Source of the DNA: an uncultured Gammaproteobacteria bacterium
GTDB lineage: Bacteria > Patescibacteriota > Microgenomatia > PFEM01 > DATLAM01
NCBI GenBank assembly: GCA_964566925.1
Contig: CAZMIZ010000004.1
Location: 35,951-99,950 of the forward strand
Length of the DNA: 64,000 nt
Reading direction: 5' to 3'
The notes under the pieces were generated by a model. It ran no database searches and was not told where the DNA came from. It saw only the letters and a program-made list of their open reading frames with translations. The position numbers were made by a program, and so were the translations under genes. This document shows, piece after piece, positions 30,375-40,792 of the stretch (positions are counted from its first letter, which is position 1; every line of letters starts with the position of its first letter).

Positions 30375-31782
30375 TGTTTATCCAGTATAAGCGGCTTTCA
30401 CCTCTTGATTTTACCAGATTTATCCTGCCCTCGTTTTCCATATTTTCAACCGCCTCTCTTAGCTCAACTTCCGAATTAACCAAAAGATGGGTAATTGCCT
30501 GGCCTGGATGGAGATCAACAATCAAATATTCGGGGTTTCCTGACCAAAAAAGCCACCAGCGATCATTTTCCTTTCGCGGCCAAGCGAGGTAGATTTCGTC
30601 TCGGTGAGCCAGGTGAGGCACGAGGTTATTCTGAGCCACCACCGGAGCTTTCTCTTTAATCACCGAGAGAAGTGCTTGATTATTTTTCATCCACTCCTCT
30701 TCTTGCCAAAAATAGGACTTGCTCAATCGATTTAAGGGTAAATGGAGGTAATATTGGAAGAAGAGAGCCGGTAAAATAATCAAGAAAGTCAGATAAAAGA
30801 GTTTTAGTTTACTTTTCAGAAAAACAAGGCCTTCAATTGTTCCCCAAACCAAAAAAGGACCCAAAGAAGCCCGATAGTGCATGAAAAGCCCCCAGGTGCC
30901 CGCGTACTTCTCTCCGGCCAGAAAATGTTGAGCTAAGTCAATCAAGACCGGAATTAAAGTCTGGGGCGCTAAAAGCGGTAAAAAAGAAAACCAGGCTAAA
31001 GAATAAAACCAGGTTTCTAGCTTAACTCTTGGCCAAAACATTCCCTGAAAAAAACCTAATAAGTTTTGAGGCAAGCTGGGTTGATACTCATAGCCAATCG
31101 GTGAAAATAAAGGAATAATGCTTTTTGTCACGAGCAGAAAATAGGTAAAAGAGGCAATAATCATTAATAGCCCCTTCTTCTGTTGCCTTAAAAGCGAGAC
31201 TAAACCCAGGGCCAAGATCATCAATGCCAAGTTCTCTTTCAACCCCACAAATAAAACCGCCGAAAGACTAAATTTCAGCCAATCTTGCTTGTCCCAAAAA
31301 TAAATCAGCCAAGGGGCTAATCCGGCCGCAACCACGCTAGCATGGAAATCAAAATTAAGCGCGTGTTGAAAGCCGAAAAAAGCTAAATAAAGCCCAGTCA
31401 CGAAGAAGCTAGTAAGAACAGGCAGTTTTTTTCTCTTGGCTAAAAGGAAAACCGGATAAGCCGAAAAGGCCAGCCAAAAAGCCTGAAAAAGTAAAAGGGC
31501 GTGGACATCGTTCCAAAGCCAGTAAAGAGGGGCTAATAAAACCAAGGTGGGGGCAAAGTGATCGCCAAAAATATGTTTTCCTTTAAGGGTATTCCAGGGA
31601 ATTTTCAGCTGACTATATTGCCAGATCGTTTGATCAAAGATGCCTAGATCATAAGCAAATGAGTCAAAGCGTTGATGTCGCCTGATAGAAAGCAAACTAT
31701 AAAGAAGGCCAAAAACAACGATTAAAAAAATCAGGAAAACGACCTGCTTGTTCTTGACCAACCTAAAGATTTTCTTTTTCAT
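30364..31782 (-). CDS. DUF2079-like polytopic membrane protein
   Basis: N-terminus IRRHQRFDSFAYDLGIFDQTIWQYSQ resembles the DUF2079 signature. Confidence 0.5.
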   Translation of the reverse strand: MKKKIFRLVKNKQVVFLIFLIVVFGLLYSLLSIRRHQRFDSFAYDLGIFDQTIWQYSQLKIPWNTLKGKHIFGDHFAPTLVLLAPLYWLWNDVHALLLFQAFWLAFSAYPVFLLAKRKKLPVLTSFFVTGLYLAFFGFQHALNFDFHASVVAAGLAPWLIYFWDKQDWLKFSLSAVLFVGLKENLALMILALGLVSLLRQQKKGLLMIIASFTYFLLVTKSIIPLFSPIGYEYQPSLPQNLLGFFQGMFWPRVKLETWFYSLAWFSFLPLLAPQTLIPVLIDLAQHFLAGEKYAGTWGLFMHYRASLGPFLVWGTIEGLVFLKSKLKLFYLTFLIILPALFFQYYLHLPLNRLSKSYFWQEEEWMKNNQALLSVIKEKAPVVAQNNLVPHLAHRDEIYLAWPRKENDRWWLFWSGNPEYLIVDLHPGQAITHLLVNSEVELREAVENMENEGRINLVKSRGESRLYWINNEE

Positions 31783-33425
31783 CTCCTTTTGATCATTAGA
31801 CCGAGGATGGCTGTCAAACCAAGAAGAGAAACAAGGTCAGCTAAAAGCCTGATTGGTGTCTCCTTAAAAACCATCACTGCCTGATGAGCCCCGGGTTCAG
31901 CTTTTATTCTCATTACTCCTTTTTGATTCTGATAGTCTAAAGAGGTTTGGACACCATCAATCGTTGCTTTCCAGCCAGGGAAATAATGACTATTGATCTG
32001 GATTTCGGCTTCGGTTTCCGTCTCGAGATCAAAGTTAATCTTCTTAGAATCAAAAACTAGATTTTCAATCGTTCCTCTGCCGGAAACAATTTCCACCTTT
32101 TCTTCGGCCCGAACCAGAGGCGGCTCCTCAACCCAAATTGGCAAATATTCATTGGCAACCGTGGTTGTGCCTTCGTTAGTCACATAATAATCTTCTCCTC
32201 GGTCAACAAAGTATTCCGGGTGAGTGTAACCATAATTTAGGAAAATCAAAAAGATCACACCTATGATCACCACCCAGGCCCTCAAACGAGGTCTAATTAA
32301 GTGGACCAAGGCCCCTATTAAAACTGCCGAAGCAAAGGTGGTTAAACCCAGAAGTCGCCAAGGAAATTGAATTAAATTATAAATTGGCAGAAGACGCCAA
32401 ACCCAAGAAGAAGCCCCTAACATTAAAAAGAAAGAAACAAGAGCAACCAAGAGAAAGCAAAAGGTTTGAAAATTTTTCTTTAAATGTTCTTTTCTTTTAG
32501 CCGCCTTAATTAAACTTAAGCCGAAGATCAGAGCACCGACGAAAAAGACAATTAAATTGATTACCCCCAACTGGAAGGAAAGCGTGTCTTGATCGGAAAG
32601 CGGCAGAGAAGGACCGTATCCCCAGCCAGGAACAATCAGTTGGCGAAGGGTAGGAAAGTGGAGAAAGAAATTGCTGACCGTCGCTTGATCAAAAAAAACA
32701 AATTGTTTGTCATATAAGGCTGGCAGCCAGAAAAAGCAAGAGAGCATCAAACCAAGAAAGAAAATAACCAGTTGCCGCCCAAAAACCTTGGTCTGACGGA
32801 AAAGCAACCAGCGAAAAACAACCCAACCGCCAAAAACTAAACTGAAAAGCATCGCCATCGTATTATGCGAACTAATCAGGCCAGCAAAAGCTATCGCCCC
32901 CAGGGCCAGATAATACTTATTCCATTTTTTAACCAACTTCGTGGCCGACCAGAAAATCAAGGGCGGGAAAATAAAGGCCACCGCTTCTCCTAGCGAACCC
33001 CGAACATAAACATCTAAAAAACGATAAGGAGTGTAAATATAAAGAAGGGCACTCGCCATTCCGGCCCATTCTCCCCAATCCTCCCGAAGCCAAAGATAAA
33101 TAAAGACTCCGGAAAGCACAAAGCTAAGGATAAAAACCAGCTTGATCGCGTTAACAAAGCTGCCCAAAAAAAGATAAAAAAATTCACCGAGATAAAGAGA
33201 AAAGGGATAAAGAAAGTTAAAAACCGGATAGCCATAACCATGATTAAGTCGAGCGGCCCAGCGCACGGGAATTTGCCCAGAAACCAGACTGCGATGAAAA
33301 TCAGAAAGCCGAATGACCATCCATTCCCCATCATGAGAAGGGAAAAAGCCGGGATGAAAAAGACTCCAAACTGCTGGCAGGGAAAGAATAAAGACCGCTA
33401 ACAGGAAAAGTATTTTCTTTTTCAT
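31779..33425 (-). CDS. Large polytopic membrane protein, family 'A' paralog 3
   Basis: Start MKKKILFLLAVF at 33425 makes an ATGA overlap with the upstream stop. Motif LFHPGFFPSHDGEWMVIRLSDFHRSLVSGQIPVRWAARLNHGYGYPVFNFLYP. Confidence 0.5.
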   Translation of the reverse strand: MKKKILFLLAVFILSLPAVWSLFHPGFFPSHDGEWMVIRLSDFHRSLVSGQIPVRWAARLNHGYGYPVFNFLYPFSLYLGEFFYLFLGSFVNAIKLVFILSFVLSGVFIYLWLREDWGEWAGMASALLYIYTPYRFLDVYVRGSLGEAVAFIFPPLIFWSATKLVKKWNKYYLALGAIAFAGLISSHNTMAMLFSLVFGGWVVFRWLLFRQTKVFGRQLVIFFLGLMLSCFFWLPALYDKQFVFFDQATVSNFFLHFPTLRQLIVPGWGYGPSLPLSDQDTLSFQLGVINLIVFFVGALIFGLSLIKAAKRKEHLKKNFQTFCFLLVALVSFFLMLGASSWVWRLLPIYNLIQFPWRLLGLTTFASAVLIGALVHLIRPRLRAWVVIIGVIFLIFLNYGYTHPEYFVDRGEDYYVTNEGTTTVANEYLPIWVEEPPLVRAEEKVEIVSGRGTIENLVFDSKKINFDLETETEAEIQINSHYFPGWKATIDGVQTSLDYQNQKGVMRIKAEPGAHQAVMVFKETPIRLLADLVSLLGLTAILGLMIKRR

Positions 33426-35833
33426 CTTCTCAACCTCCAGAAACTCAATAAACCTAAACCTAGAAGAGTGGCTGAAGTTATTCCAGAGACAATCGTTCCC
33501 CATTTAAATGAGTCTGGTTCATAGCTAAAAATTATTTGATGTTCTCCGGCGGGAACCAAAACCGCCCGAAAAGCATAATTAGCCCGATAAATTTTCTCCT
33601 GCCTGCCGTCCAAATAAGCCTGCCAACCCGGATAAAAGGCGTCAGAAAGAAAAAGCAGGGCATCACCATTATTTTCGGTTTTTATTTCCACTTGGTTCGG
33701 CGTATAAGCAACCATCTCTACTTTGCCCGGATTGCCTTTGACCAATTCTCTACCCGGAATCTCTTCTTCAAGAATAACCATGGCCGCCATATCGAAATCA
33801 GCGGCAAAGATCTTTTCAATTATCTCCTCGTCATCCTTAATCACCAAATAATCATCAACCAGAAAAGCTCGAGGAAGAGTTTCTAGGTTTTCATAAACCT
33901 TCCACTTCTCTTTCTGCCAAATAAGCTGATATCGGTCTTCAGGATATTTCCAGGGCTGAGGATCCCAGGATCCTTTGGCGGCATCATCTTTGTCTAAAAG
34001 ATACTTTATTCCCAAAAGATTAAAAATCTTTCTTCGATTCTCGCTGTCGTCTTTAGGGAAAACCGCATCCGAGCGCAAATATTCGTCAGGAATTTTTCCA
34101 GATTCAATAGCCGCCACCAGCTCAGCGTATCTGCCAATCCGCAGAGTATCATAACCCTCGGCCGCATAAATCTGATAAAAGGTGGCAAAGTTGTTATCGA
34201 AATGGGCTGTTTCCCACCCATAAAACCGATCAGTAACCAAAGATTTGTCTTTTAAGAATTCGATTATCGGATGATTAGGGAAAAAGAATTTTTCAGGCGA
34301 AAAAGGATTATATTTATGAACTCGATAAAAGAGGCTCAAAAAAAGAAAGCCAATGATTAATCCCCCGGCTAAATGGCGAAAATATTTAAATTTTTTAAGA
34401 TAATTCTGACTAAGAAAAAGGCCGCTAATGATCAGGAGTCCGAAAGTGGGGATAACCAAATTCCGTCGGGTAACAGCTAAATTACCAACCATTGAGGAAT
34501 TAGCCGTCAATATTTTAGGAGTCAGGAAGGCAAAACCCCAAAGAGAAAGAAAAATCAAAACGAAAGCAAAGCCTAAAATGCGGATCCTTTGATCTTTCGT
34601 CGCTTTTGTCACTTTTGGCAAAAAATGGTCGAAACCAAAAGCAGAGAGAAAAGAGAGGTTAAAAAATAGGAGGCATAAAATTCTAGCCGGATTGCCAGAC
34701 GAAAGAATCGGCAAATGGGCCACTTTCACTAAAAAGGAAACTGGACTCCTCACCGCTAAAAGAAGGAAAAAGAGGCTTGTCAAATAAAGAAACTTGAAAA
34801 GTTTATCCTTCCTCTTGAAAAAGAGGGGAATCAAGGCAAAAAACAAAGGGATGATTCCCAGAGAAGGAGTGAGATCGCCATAATCCTTTCCCCAGAAATT
34901 ATTGGCGGCCGGATTGCCAAAAAAATCAGGCGCAAAAAAGCTTAACAACTGACGATAAGGAATCAAAAAATAATCAAAGGTCCAGTGGGCAAAGCTTTGA
35001 GACAATGGAGCCTGTTGATAAAGCTCAATCGTGGGCAGAAGCTGAGCCGCCGCCAAAGCAAAACCCAAGCCTAAAAATAAAAGGAAAGAGGCTATCTGCC
35101 GGCCCTTTTTAGCTAAATGCCAAACCCGGAAAAGAAAATAAAGAAGGGCATAGAGGGCCACTAAAACAGCCGTTTGGGGGTAGCCGGCGAAAATGCTTAG
35201 GGCAATCGCTAAAGAAAGGGCCGGGTAAAAATATCTCTTTTTCTCAGCCAAAATTGATTCGATGAAATAAATGATCAAAGGCAGCCAAAGATAAGCATGA
35301 CCGATGATATCAATTTCAATCCACATAATGAAAAAACTTGAAGAGACAAAGGCGAGACTACCGAAAAGGCTGGCTGGTAGAGAAACTTTAAATTTTCGCA
35401 AAAGCAGAAACATAAAGACCATCGCCAGAAAAACTTGGAGAATGGTCAAGGCGGACCAGGCCATTAAAGGGGTTAAAATTAAGTAAAGAAGATTAAAGGG
35501 ATAAAGAATTCCTGACTGGTAGTTGGCTAAAAGCGGGCTGCCGGTAAAATTATAAGGATTCCATAGCGGTGGCTGGCCTCTTTTTATTTGCTCAAAAGCG
35601 AGGCCTTTCCAAGGCAATTGCATTCTGATGGAGTCAGAACCGATAAATTCTTTGTGGGTCGTCCAGGAATCATAACCGGTAAACCCTCCCCCGCTCCAAG
35701 GAAAGAAAAAAGAAACCAAAAGATTGCCTGCGTAGGGATAGAGCCCAAGAAAAACCTTATAAAAAAGGATCAGGGTTATTAAAAAAAGAAGAATGATCGG
35801 AAAAGCTTTCTTGAAGATAGCCAACCACTTCAT
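33422..35833 (-). CDS. YfhO-family polytopic membrane protein (paralog 3)
   Basis: IRMQLPWKGLAFEQIKRGQPPLWNPYNFTGSPLLANYQSGILYPFN. Confidence 0.8.
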   Translation of the reverse strand: MKWLAIFKKAFPIILLFLITLILFYKVFLGLYPYAGNLLVSFFFPWSGGGFTGYDSWTTHKEFIGSDSIRMQLPWKGLAFEQIKRGQPPLWNPYNFTGSPLLANYQSGILYPFNLLYLILTPLMAWSALTILQVFLAMVFMFLLLRKFKVSLPASLFGSLAFVSSSFFIMWIEIDIIGHAYLWLPLIIYFIESILAEKKRYFYPALSLAIALSIFAGYPQTAVLVALYALLYFLFRVWHLAKKGRQIASFLLFLGLGFALAAAQLLPTIELYQQAPLSQSFAHWTFDYFLIPYRQLLSFFAPDFFGNPAANNFWGKDYGDLTPSLGIIPLFFALIPLFFKRKDKLFKFLYLTSLFFLLLAVRSPVSFLVKVAHLPILSSGNPARILCLLFFNLSFLSAFGFDHFLPKVTKATKDQRIRILGFAFVLIFLSLWGFAFLTPKILTANSSMVGNLAVTRRNLVIPTFGLLIISGLFLSQNYLKKFKYFRHLAGGLIIGFLFLSLFYRVHKYNPFSPEKFFFPNHPIIEFLKDKSLVTDRFYGWETAHFDNNFATFYQIYAAEGYDTLRIGRYAELVAAIESGKIPDEYLRSDAVFPKDDSENRRKIFNLLGIKYLLDKDDAAKGSWDPQPWKYPEDRYQLIWQKEKWKVYENLETLPRAFLVDDYLVIKDDEEIIEKIFAADFDMAAMVILEEEIPGRELVKGNPGKVEMVAYTPNQVEIKTENNGDALLFLSDAFYPGWQAYLDGRQEKIYRANYAFRAVLVPAGEHQIIFSYEPDSFKWGTIVSGITSATLLGLGLLSFWRLRR

Positions 35834-35838
35834 GGGAT

Positions 35839-37335
35839 CTAAAGGACGACTTTATAAAAATAAAGAAAAGTCTTTTCGTTTCCCTTGCTGACCCTAAAAA
35901 CCAACTCTAAAGGCCAGTCGGTCGGTATTTCTTGAGTTTCGTTGAAGAGAAAATAGGCCGGCTTTTCTTTCGCTTTTTCTAAAACTTCCTCAGGAAATTT
36001 GTTTACCGGCCAATAACCTTTAATTTCCACATTTGGGTGATCCCAAAGATAAAGCTCTAATGAAGCCGGCATCAATCCAAAAGTGCCCTCGGTGGCAATA
36101 AAAATTGGTTTATCTTCTGCCTCTTCTCTGGCAAAAGTAACCACCTCATTAACTCCAAAGCCGGCCGGCCAGTTATCAATATACTGCCCTTTGTCAGCTT
36201 CAGGAATAGGAGCCGCTGTTGGTTCAAAAAGAAGCTTGAGGTCAGTGTATAGCGGCAGAACAAAAAACAAACTGCAAACAATCAAAAAAGTCTTTCGGTT
36301 TTTAACCTTGATGGCTAATTGTTCCAAAGAAGCCGCTGCCAAAATCAACAGAGGTAGGCTCATAAAAAGAATAAACCGGGGGTAGATGACTTTGCCAAAA
36401 AAGGCTAAACCGACAATGGGAATTAAAAACCAAGAGACTAAAAGAAGCTTTTCCTTTGGTCTCTCTCTAATCAACAGTAATGAGCCAGCGGCCAAAAGAA
36501 CAATCGGCCAGGTCAAATAAGTGGTCAGCCAATCAAATAATCCCTTGAGATTACCCCAGAAAAAAAGTAAAGGGTGATCCAGCCATTCCTTGATCGGAAA
36601 AACGAAAGTGGTGTCTTTCTGGGCAATCATGTGGAACCAGGGGGAAAGTCGGAGGATTGAATAGAAAATTTGAGAAATCACTACGGCCAAAACAGCTAAG
36701 CCTGCCCATCTTAATAACCTGGGCCATCTTTTTTTATTCTGCCAATCAAAAAGGATTAAGGTCAATGGAAAAAGATAGAGATTGAAAAAACCGGAAGTTT
36801 TGGTCAAAACCGCGCCACCTAAAACCCAGCCCAGAATTAAGGCCACATCTAACCGAAGGGTTTTAACCAGTAAAATCTCAAAGAGAAGGGAGAGGATGAA
36901 AAAGGTTCCCACCATCGCATCCATCAAGGCCATCCGATCGTAGAGCAAGTAAAAAGGAATGAACAAATAAAGAAGCAGGGCGAAAAGAGCCAGCCGTCTT
37001 TTTTTGAAGAGATTAAGGCTTAAAAACCAAAGGCCAACCAAGGAAACTAAACCTGTTCCCACCGAAACCAGGCGGCCAGCGATCAGGGGATCTTTAATCA
37101 CTTTCATAAAAATCATGGTCAGCCAAACGAAAAGAGGCTGTTTGCCGTCGGTTAAAGAAATAAAACGCCAAGAAGCGTCATTCTTGGCAATTTGAGCCCA
37201 GCGAAGATAAATCGCCTCATCAACAAAAATGGGAATAAGACTTAAGTTGATCAATCGAAAGAGGAAGAAAATTGCCAAAAGCAACAAACCGACAGCCAGT
37301 TCAACTCTAAATTTCTTAATTAACTTAACGATCAT
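35839..37335 (-). CDS. GT39/ArnT-like polytopic glycosyltransferase
   Basis: LFRLINLSLIPIFVDEAIYLRWAQ (the DEx motif of ArnT/PMT), then ~12 TM segments. Confidence 0.65.
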   Translation of the reverse strand: MIVKLIKKFRVELAVGLLLLAIFFLFRLINLSLIPIFVDEAIYLRWAQIAKNDASWRFISLTDGKQPLFVWLTMIFMKVIKDPLIAGRLVSVGTGLVSLVGLWFLSLNLFKKRRLALFALLLYLFIPFYLLYDRMALMDAMVGTFFILSLLFEILLVKTLRLDVALILGWVLGGAVLTKTSGFFNLYLFPLTLILFDWQNKKRWPRLLRWAGLAVLAVVISQIFYSILRLSPWFHMIAQKDTTFVFPIKEWLDHPLLFFWGNLKGLFDWLTTYLTWPIVLLAAGSLLLIRERPKEKLLLVSWFLIPIVGLAFFGKVIYPRFILFMSLPLLILAAASLEQLAIKVKNRKTFLIVCSLFFVLPLYTDLKLLFEPTAAPIPEADKGQYIDNWPAGFGVNEVVTFAREEAEDKPIFIATEGTFGLMPASLELYLWDHPNVEIKGYWPVNKFPEEVLEKAKEKPAYFLFNETQEIPTDWPLELVFRVSKGNEKTFLYFYKVVL

Positions 37336-37344
37336 CTAAAGAAA

Positions 37345-38529
37345 TTATACCTCATTTAACTTTTTCTTCCCAATCAGATAGCTGATTAGCCCTAGCCCAA
37401 TCGGAAAAACAGTTAGCCAAAGTTTAATCGTCGGGACCGGCGGATCCCAATTCCCTAAATAAAGGAAAGGTGAATAGCGCAAAAGACTTCCTAGTGAAAA
37501 TCCAATTGTTAACCAAAAAATAAATCTTTCTTTTGCCATCAGAGCTAGAAAGGGCAGAACCCAAAGAAGATACCATGGCTGGAAGCCAATTTGATAAGTG
37601 GTCGCCAAAACCCCTAAAAATAGAAATAAAATACTAAGAGTGATTAATTTTTGGCAGTCAACTTTTTTTACTCTTAACTCTTGCCAGGCTACCAAGCCAA
37701 AAACTGGCAGGAGAACCACGGTGATATATTTAATCCCAGCCGAAAAAAGCCAAGCCAAAAAAGAAAAGAAAGCTTTTCTCTTTAACCACAAATAAAAAGC
37801 CAGTAAAGCAAAAAAGATCATCACCCCATCGTTATGGGCGCTGACTAAACTTTCTATTAACACCAGTGGGCTAAAAGCATAAAAGGCAAGGTTAAACATT
37901 TTTTGTTTAGGCGCAATAACCGCTGAAATTTCCCAAATTAACCAGAGTGTCCCTAAATAAAAACCAGCCATTAAAGTCTTAAAGGCAAGAAGCTGAAGCA
38001 GAAATTTCCCAAAGCCGGCCAGGAAAGGGATGATCGACAGGCCAATCCAGAGCGGAGGATAAATGCTAGGCCGATGCGTCCAATGCATAAAGCGAACCAT
38101 CGGGTCTTCCGGAAAATCAAGGGGTTTCACCTGATATGGGTTCTGCTGATAAAAAGCAACAATTTTAGCATCAAAGATATAATTGAAAACGTCGTGGGAA
38201 AAAGCTGGATAAGCAAAAAAGAGGATGACCATCGTCAAGATAATTAGGGGCCGCAGTTTTCGAGTTGGGAATTTATTTTTCTTAACCAGCCGTAAAATTA
38301 AAAGATAAAAAGAGAAAAGTAAGCCGAGAATCAGCAAATAAATCAAGGTTGAAAGAGGCCGCTGGAAATAACCAAGATACATAAAGGCCTTTTCTAATCT
38401 CTGCCAGACCGAAACTTGAGAAAGGGTAAGATTTAAATCTATTTGGGTAAATGAATAAAGAAAAAGAGAGAAAACAGTTGCCAGCCAGCCGAAAATGATC
38501 AACTTAATTCTCGTGGGCGTTTTGGTCAT
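37345..38529 (-). CDS. Polytopic membrane protein, unknown (DUF2029/GT-C-like?)
   Basis: 394 aa, all hydrophobic segments. Confidence 0.4.
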   Translation of the reverse strand: MTKTPTRIKLIIFGWLATVFSLFLYSFTQIDLNLTLSQVSVWQRLEKAFMYLGYFQRPLSTLIYLLILGLLFSFYLLILRLVKKNKFPTRKLRPLIILTMVILFFAYPAFSHDVFNYIFDAKIVAFYQQNPYQVKPLDFPEDPMVRFMHWTHRPSIYPPLWIGLSIIPFLAGFGKFLLQLLAFKTLMAGFYLGTLWLIWEISAVIAPKQKMFNLAFYAFSPLVLIESLVSAHNDGVMIFFALLAFYLWLKRKAFFSFLAWLFSAGIKYITVVLLPVFGLVAWQELRVKKVDCQKLITLSILFLFLGVLATTYQIGFQPWYLLWVLPFLALMAKERFIFWLTIGFSLGSLLRYSPFLYLGNWDPPVPTIKLWLTVFPIGLGLISYLIGKKKLNEV

Positions 38530-38531
38530 GG

Positions 38532-39290
38532 CTAATCGTAGAGACCCCTTAAATCATTTATTTTAACCCGTAAAATTTCTTTAAACATTTCTTGAGATTC
38601 CCGGAAAAATTTCCTCTCTTTTCCCTCGGCAATATCTTGATCCTGCCACTGAATCGGCACCTCGGCAATTTTATAGCCTTTTTTCTGAGCAATAAACAGG
38701 AGTTCAACATCCCAAGCCCCTACTCGCCAACCCTTGACTTTTTTGCCTTCTTTAAAAATCAACAACTGCTTAAAAAGATCTTTGCCGACCTGGTTGCTGA
38801 AGGCTTTAAAGCCACACTGGGTGTCAGCGATTTCCCGAAGAAGCAAGGTTTGTCTGACCAGACGGAAAGCATTGGAAGCCACTTGCCGAAACAAGGAGTA
38901 GCCGGTTCGCCTCTGCCCTCTAGAGCCAATAACAACCGGAAAGCCTTTTTTGAAGAAGGGTAAAAGTTTTTCGATTTGGTTAATAGGCGTTGATTGATCC
39001 ATATCACTAAATAGAATAATCTTCCCTTTAGCCTCGATCACTCCGGCTTTAACAGCATAAGGTTTACCAGAGTGAGGATTTTTAAAAAGCTTAAATCGCG
39101 GATGATCTTTAATAAAACTCTCAATTATCTTTCGGCTTTTATCAGTCGAGCCGTCATCAGAAATAATTACTTCACTGGAATAACTTTGTTTTTCGAGATA
39201 ACCATCGATGCCTTCAAGAACGCCTCTTTTAAGGTTTTTCTCTTCGTTATAGCAAGGAATAACCACTGATAAAAATATATTTTTTTTCAT
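38532..39290 (-). CDS. GT2 Dpm1-like polyprenol-phosphate glycosyltransferase
   Basis: MKKNIFLSVVIPCYNEEKNL...VIISDDGSTDKS...FSDMDQSTP...IADTQCGFKAF. The internal start gives an ATGA overlap; the ORF extends to 39410. Confidence 0.75.
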   Translation of the reverse strand: MKKNIFLSVVIPCYNEEKNLKRGVLEGIDGYLEKQSYSSEVIISDDGSTDKSRKIIESFIKDHPRFKLFKNPHSGKPYAVKAGVIEAKGKIILFSDMDQSTPINQIEKLLPFFKKGFPVVIGSRGQRRTGYSLFRQVASNAFRLVRQTLLLREIADTQCGFKAFSNQVGKDLFKQLLIFKEGKKVKGWRVGAWDVELLFIAQKKGYKIAEVPIQWQDQDIAEGKERKFFRESQEMFKEILRVKINDLRGLYD

Positions 39291-40792
39291 TCTTCGGTAT
39301 AATGACTCAATTTCATCACCGTAATCCCTCCGGGAGCAGGCCAACTGCCAACAATCTCGGCTCGGCCAAACCCGGCAATTTCCCAAAGGGAATGACCAAG
39401 AGGCTGGCAATCAGAAACCTCGCAGACTATCAAAAGCTGATCGGTAACCGTTTTTCTTTCAGGATCATTCTGGGGGTTTTCAATCACCACCGGCCGATTT
39501 CCCCAAATTTCTAAAAAATAGCGATAGGCATGATCAGAATTCTGCCTGGTTATAAGGGCAAAGTTAAAAGGCTCCCCATTAGCCTCCCTCAGAATGATGG
39601 CGGCAATCTTTTTTGTCTGATCAAGCTGGCGATTGGGAGTATAACGGAAAGGAACTCCCTTGAGATTGACGGCCACCAGAACAACTAAGAAAAGACTGGC
39701 CGCCATTCGACCTATTGATGATTTCGAAGAAGAAGAAAAGGTAAGACCGGCGAGTAGAAACGGCAGAGGAAACATAAACCCCAAATAGTAATCATAAATT
39801 CCTCTTTGATAAAAACCAAAAAGGCCAACGCCAAAAATTAACCACAAACCAAAAAGAGAAAGGGCTAGAAACCTCTTCTTTTTCCTTGAGGTTATCCAAA
39901 AAAAGATAAAAGTAGCGAGGGTAACCACCAAGGTTATTTGGGCAATGAAAACATAATTGTTGGTCATCAGGCGATTAAAAAGGCGAAAAAGAACATCGCT
40001 AATGGTTGGCCAAAACTGATCCGCCAAAAAACCTGTTTCTTCGCCGTAAAGAAAAAACTGGAAAAAGGTTTTAAAGTTGGGAAATTGATGGCGAAATTCA
40101 AATAAAAGAAAAGGAGACCAGCCGACCAAGAATCCTAGAATGCCTAGAAAATAATATTTTAGATTCTCAATCTTTCGGGTAAAAATCAGGAGATAAAGAA
40201 CAATTACCGGCACCAAAAAGGTGGCCAGATAGTGAAGCTGAAAGGCAATTCCCATTAAGAGACCCACCCCTCCCAGAAGTTTTAATTTTTTCCGAGCAAC
40301 CACCAGCCAAAGAAGATAAAGAGTTAAGAGACAGAAGAAAGGCATCAGGTTAGGATTCCACGAAGAACGGGAATAAGCAAGAATCACCGGCGGCAGAGCA
40401 TAAAGGCCAGCTGCCACTAAGCCTGTCAAGGGATTGAAAAAATCACGACCCACTTTCCAAACTAGGAAAACAGTCGCCACCCCAAAAAGAGCGACCATCA
40501 CCGCCGGCCCTACCGGATCAAGACGGAAAAGCCATAGAAAAGGAAGCATAAAATAGTAATAAATCGGTCCCAAGAAAAAACCGCCCACGCTGGCTGTCGG
40601 ACCAAGAAGAGTCAATTTATGGTCAACCAGAATTCTTTTAACCACTAAAACGTCCCGGCCCTCATCACCCAAAAAAGTCATGTAATCGGCAATCCGATAA
40701 AGGCGCAAAAAGGCAGCCACTCCCAAAATAGCTAACAAAATTGTTGCTTCAAGCTTGTTCTTTTTAAGCCAGCTAATTAATTTTTCCCTCAT
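39287..40792 (-). CDS. GT39/GT83 ArnT-like polytopic glycosyltransferase
   Basis: LRLYRIADYMTFLGDEGRDVLVVKRILVDHKLTLLGPTASVGGFFLGPIYYY. Confidence 0.6.
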   Translation of the reverse strand: MREKLISWLKKNKLEATILLAILGVAAFLRLYRIADYMTFLGDEGRDVLVVKRILVDHKLTLLGPTASVGGFFLGPIYYYFMLPFLWLFRLDPVGPAVMVALFGVATVFLVWKVGRDFFNPLTGLVAAGLYALPPVILAYSRSSWNPNLMPFFCLLTLYLLWLVVARKKLKLLGGVGLLMGIAFQLHYLATFLVPVIVLYLLIFTRKIENLKYYFLGILGFLVGWSPFLLFEFRHQFPNFKTFFQFFLYGEETGFLADQFWPTISDVLFRLFNRLMTNNYVFIAQITLVVTLATFIFFWITSRKKKRFLALSLFGLWLIFGVGLFGFYQRGIYDYYLGFMFPLPFLLAGLTFSSSSKSSIGRMAASLFLVVLVAVNLKGVPFRYTPNRQLDQTKKIAAIILREANGEPFNFALITRQNSDHAYRYFLEIWGNRPVVIENPQNDPERKTVTDQLLIVCEVSDCQPLGHSLWEIAGFGRAEIVGSWPAPGGITVMKLSHYTEE

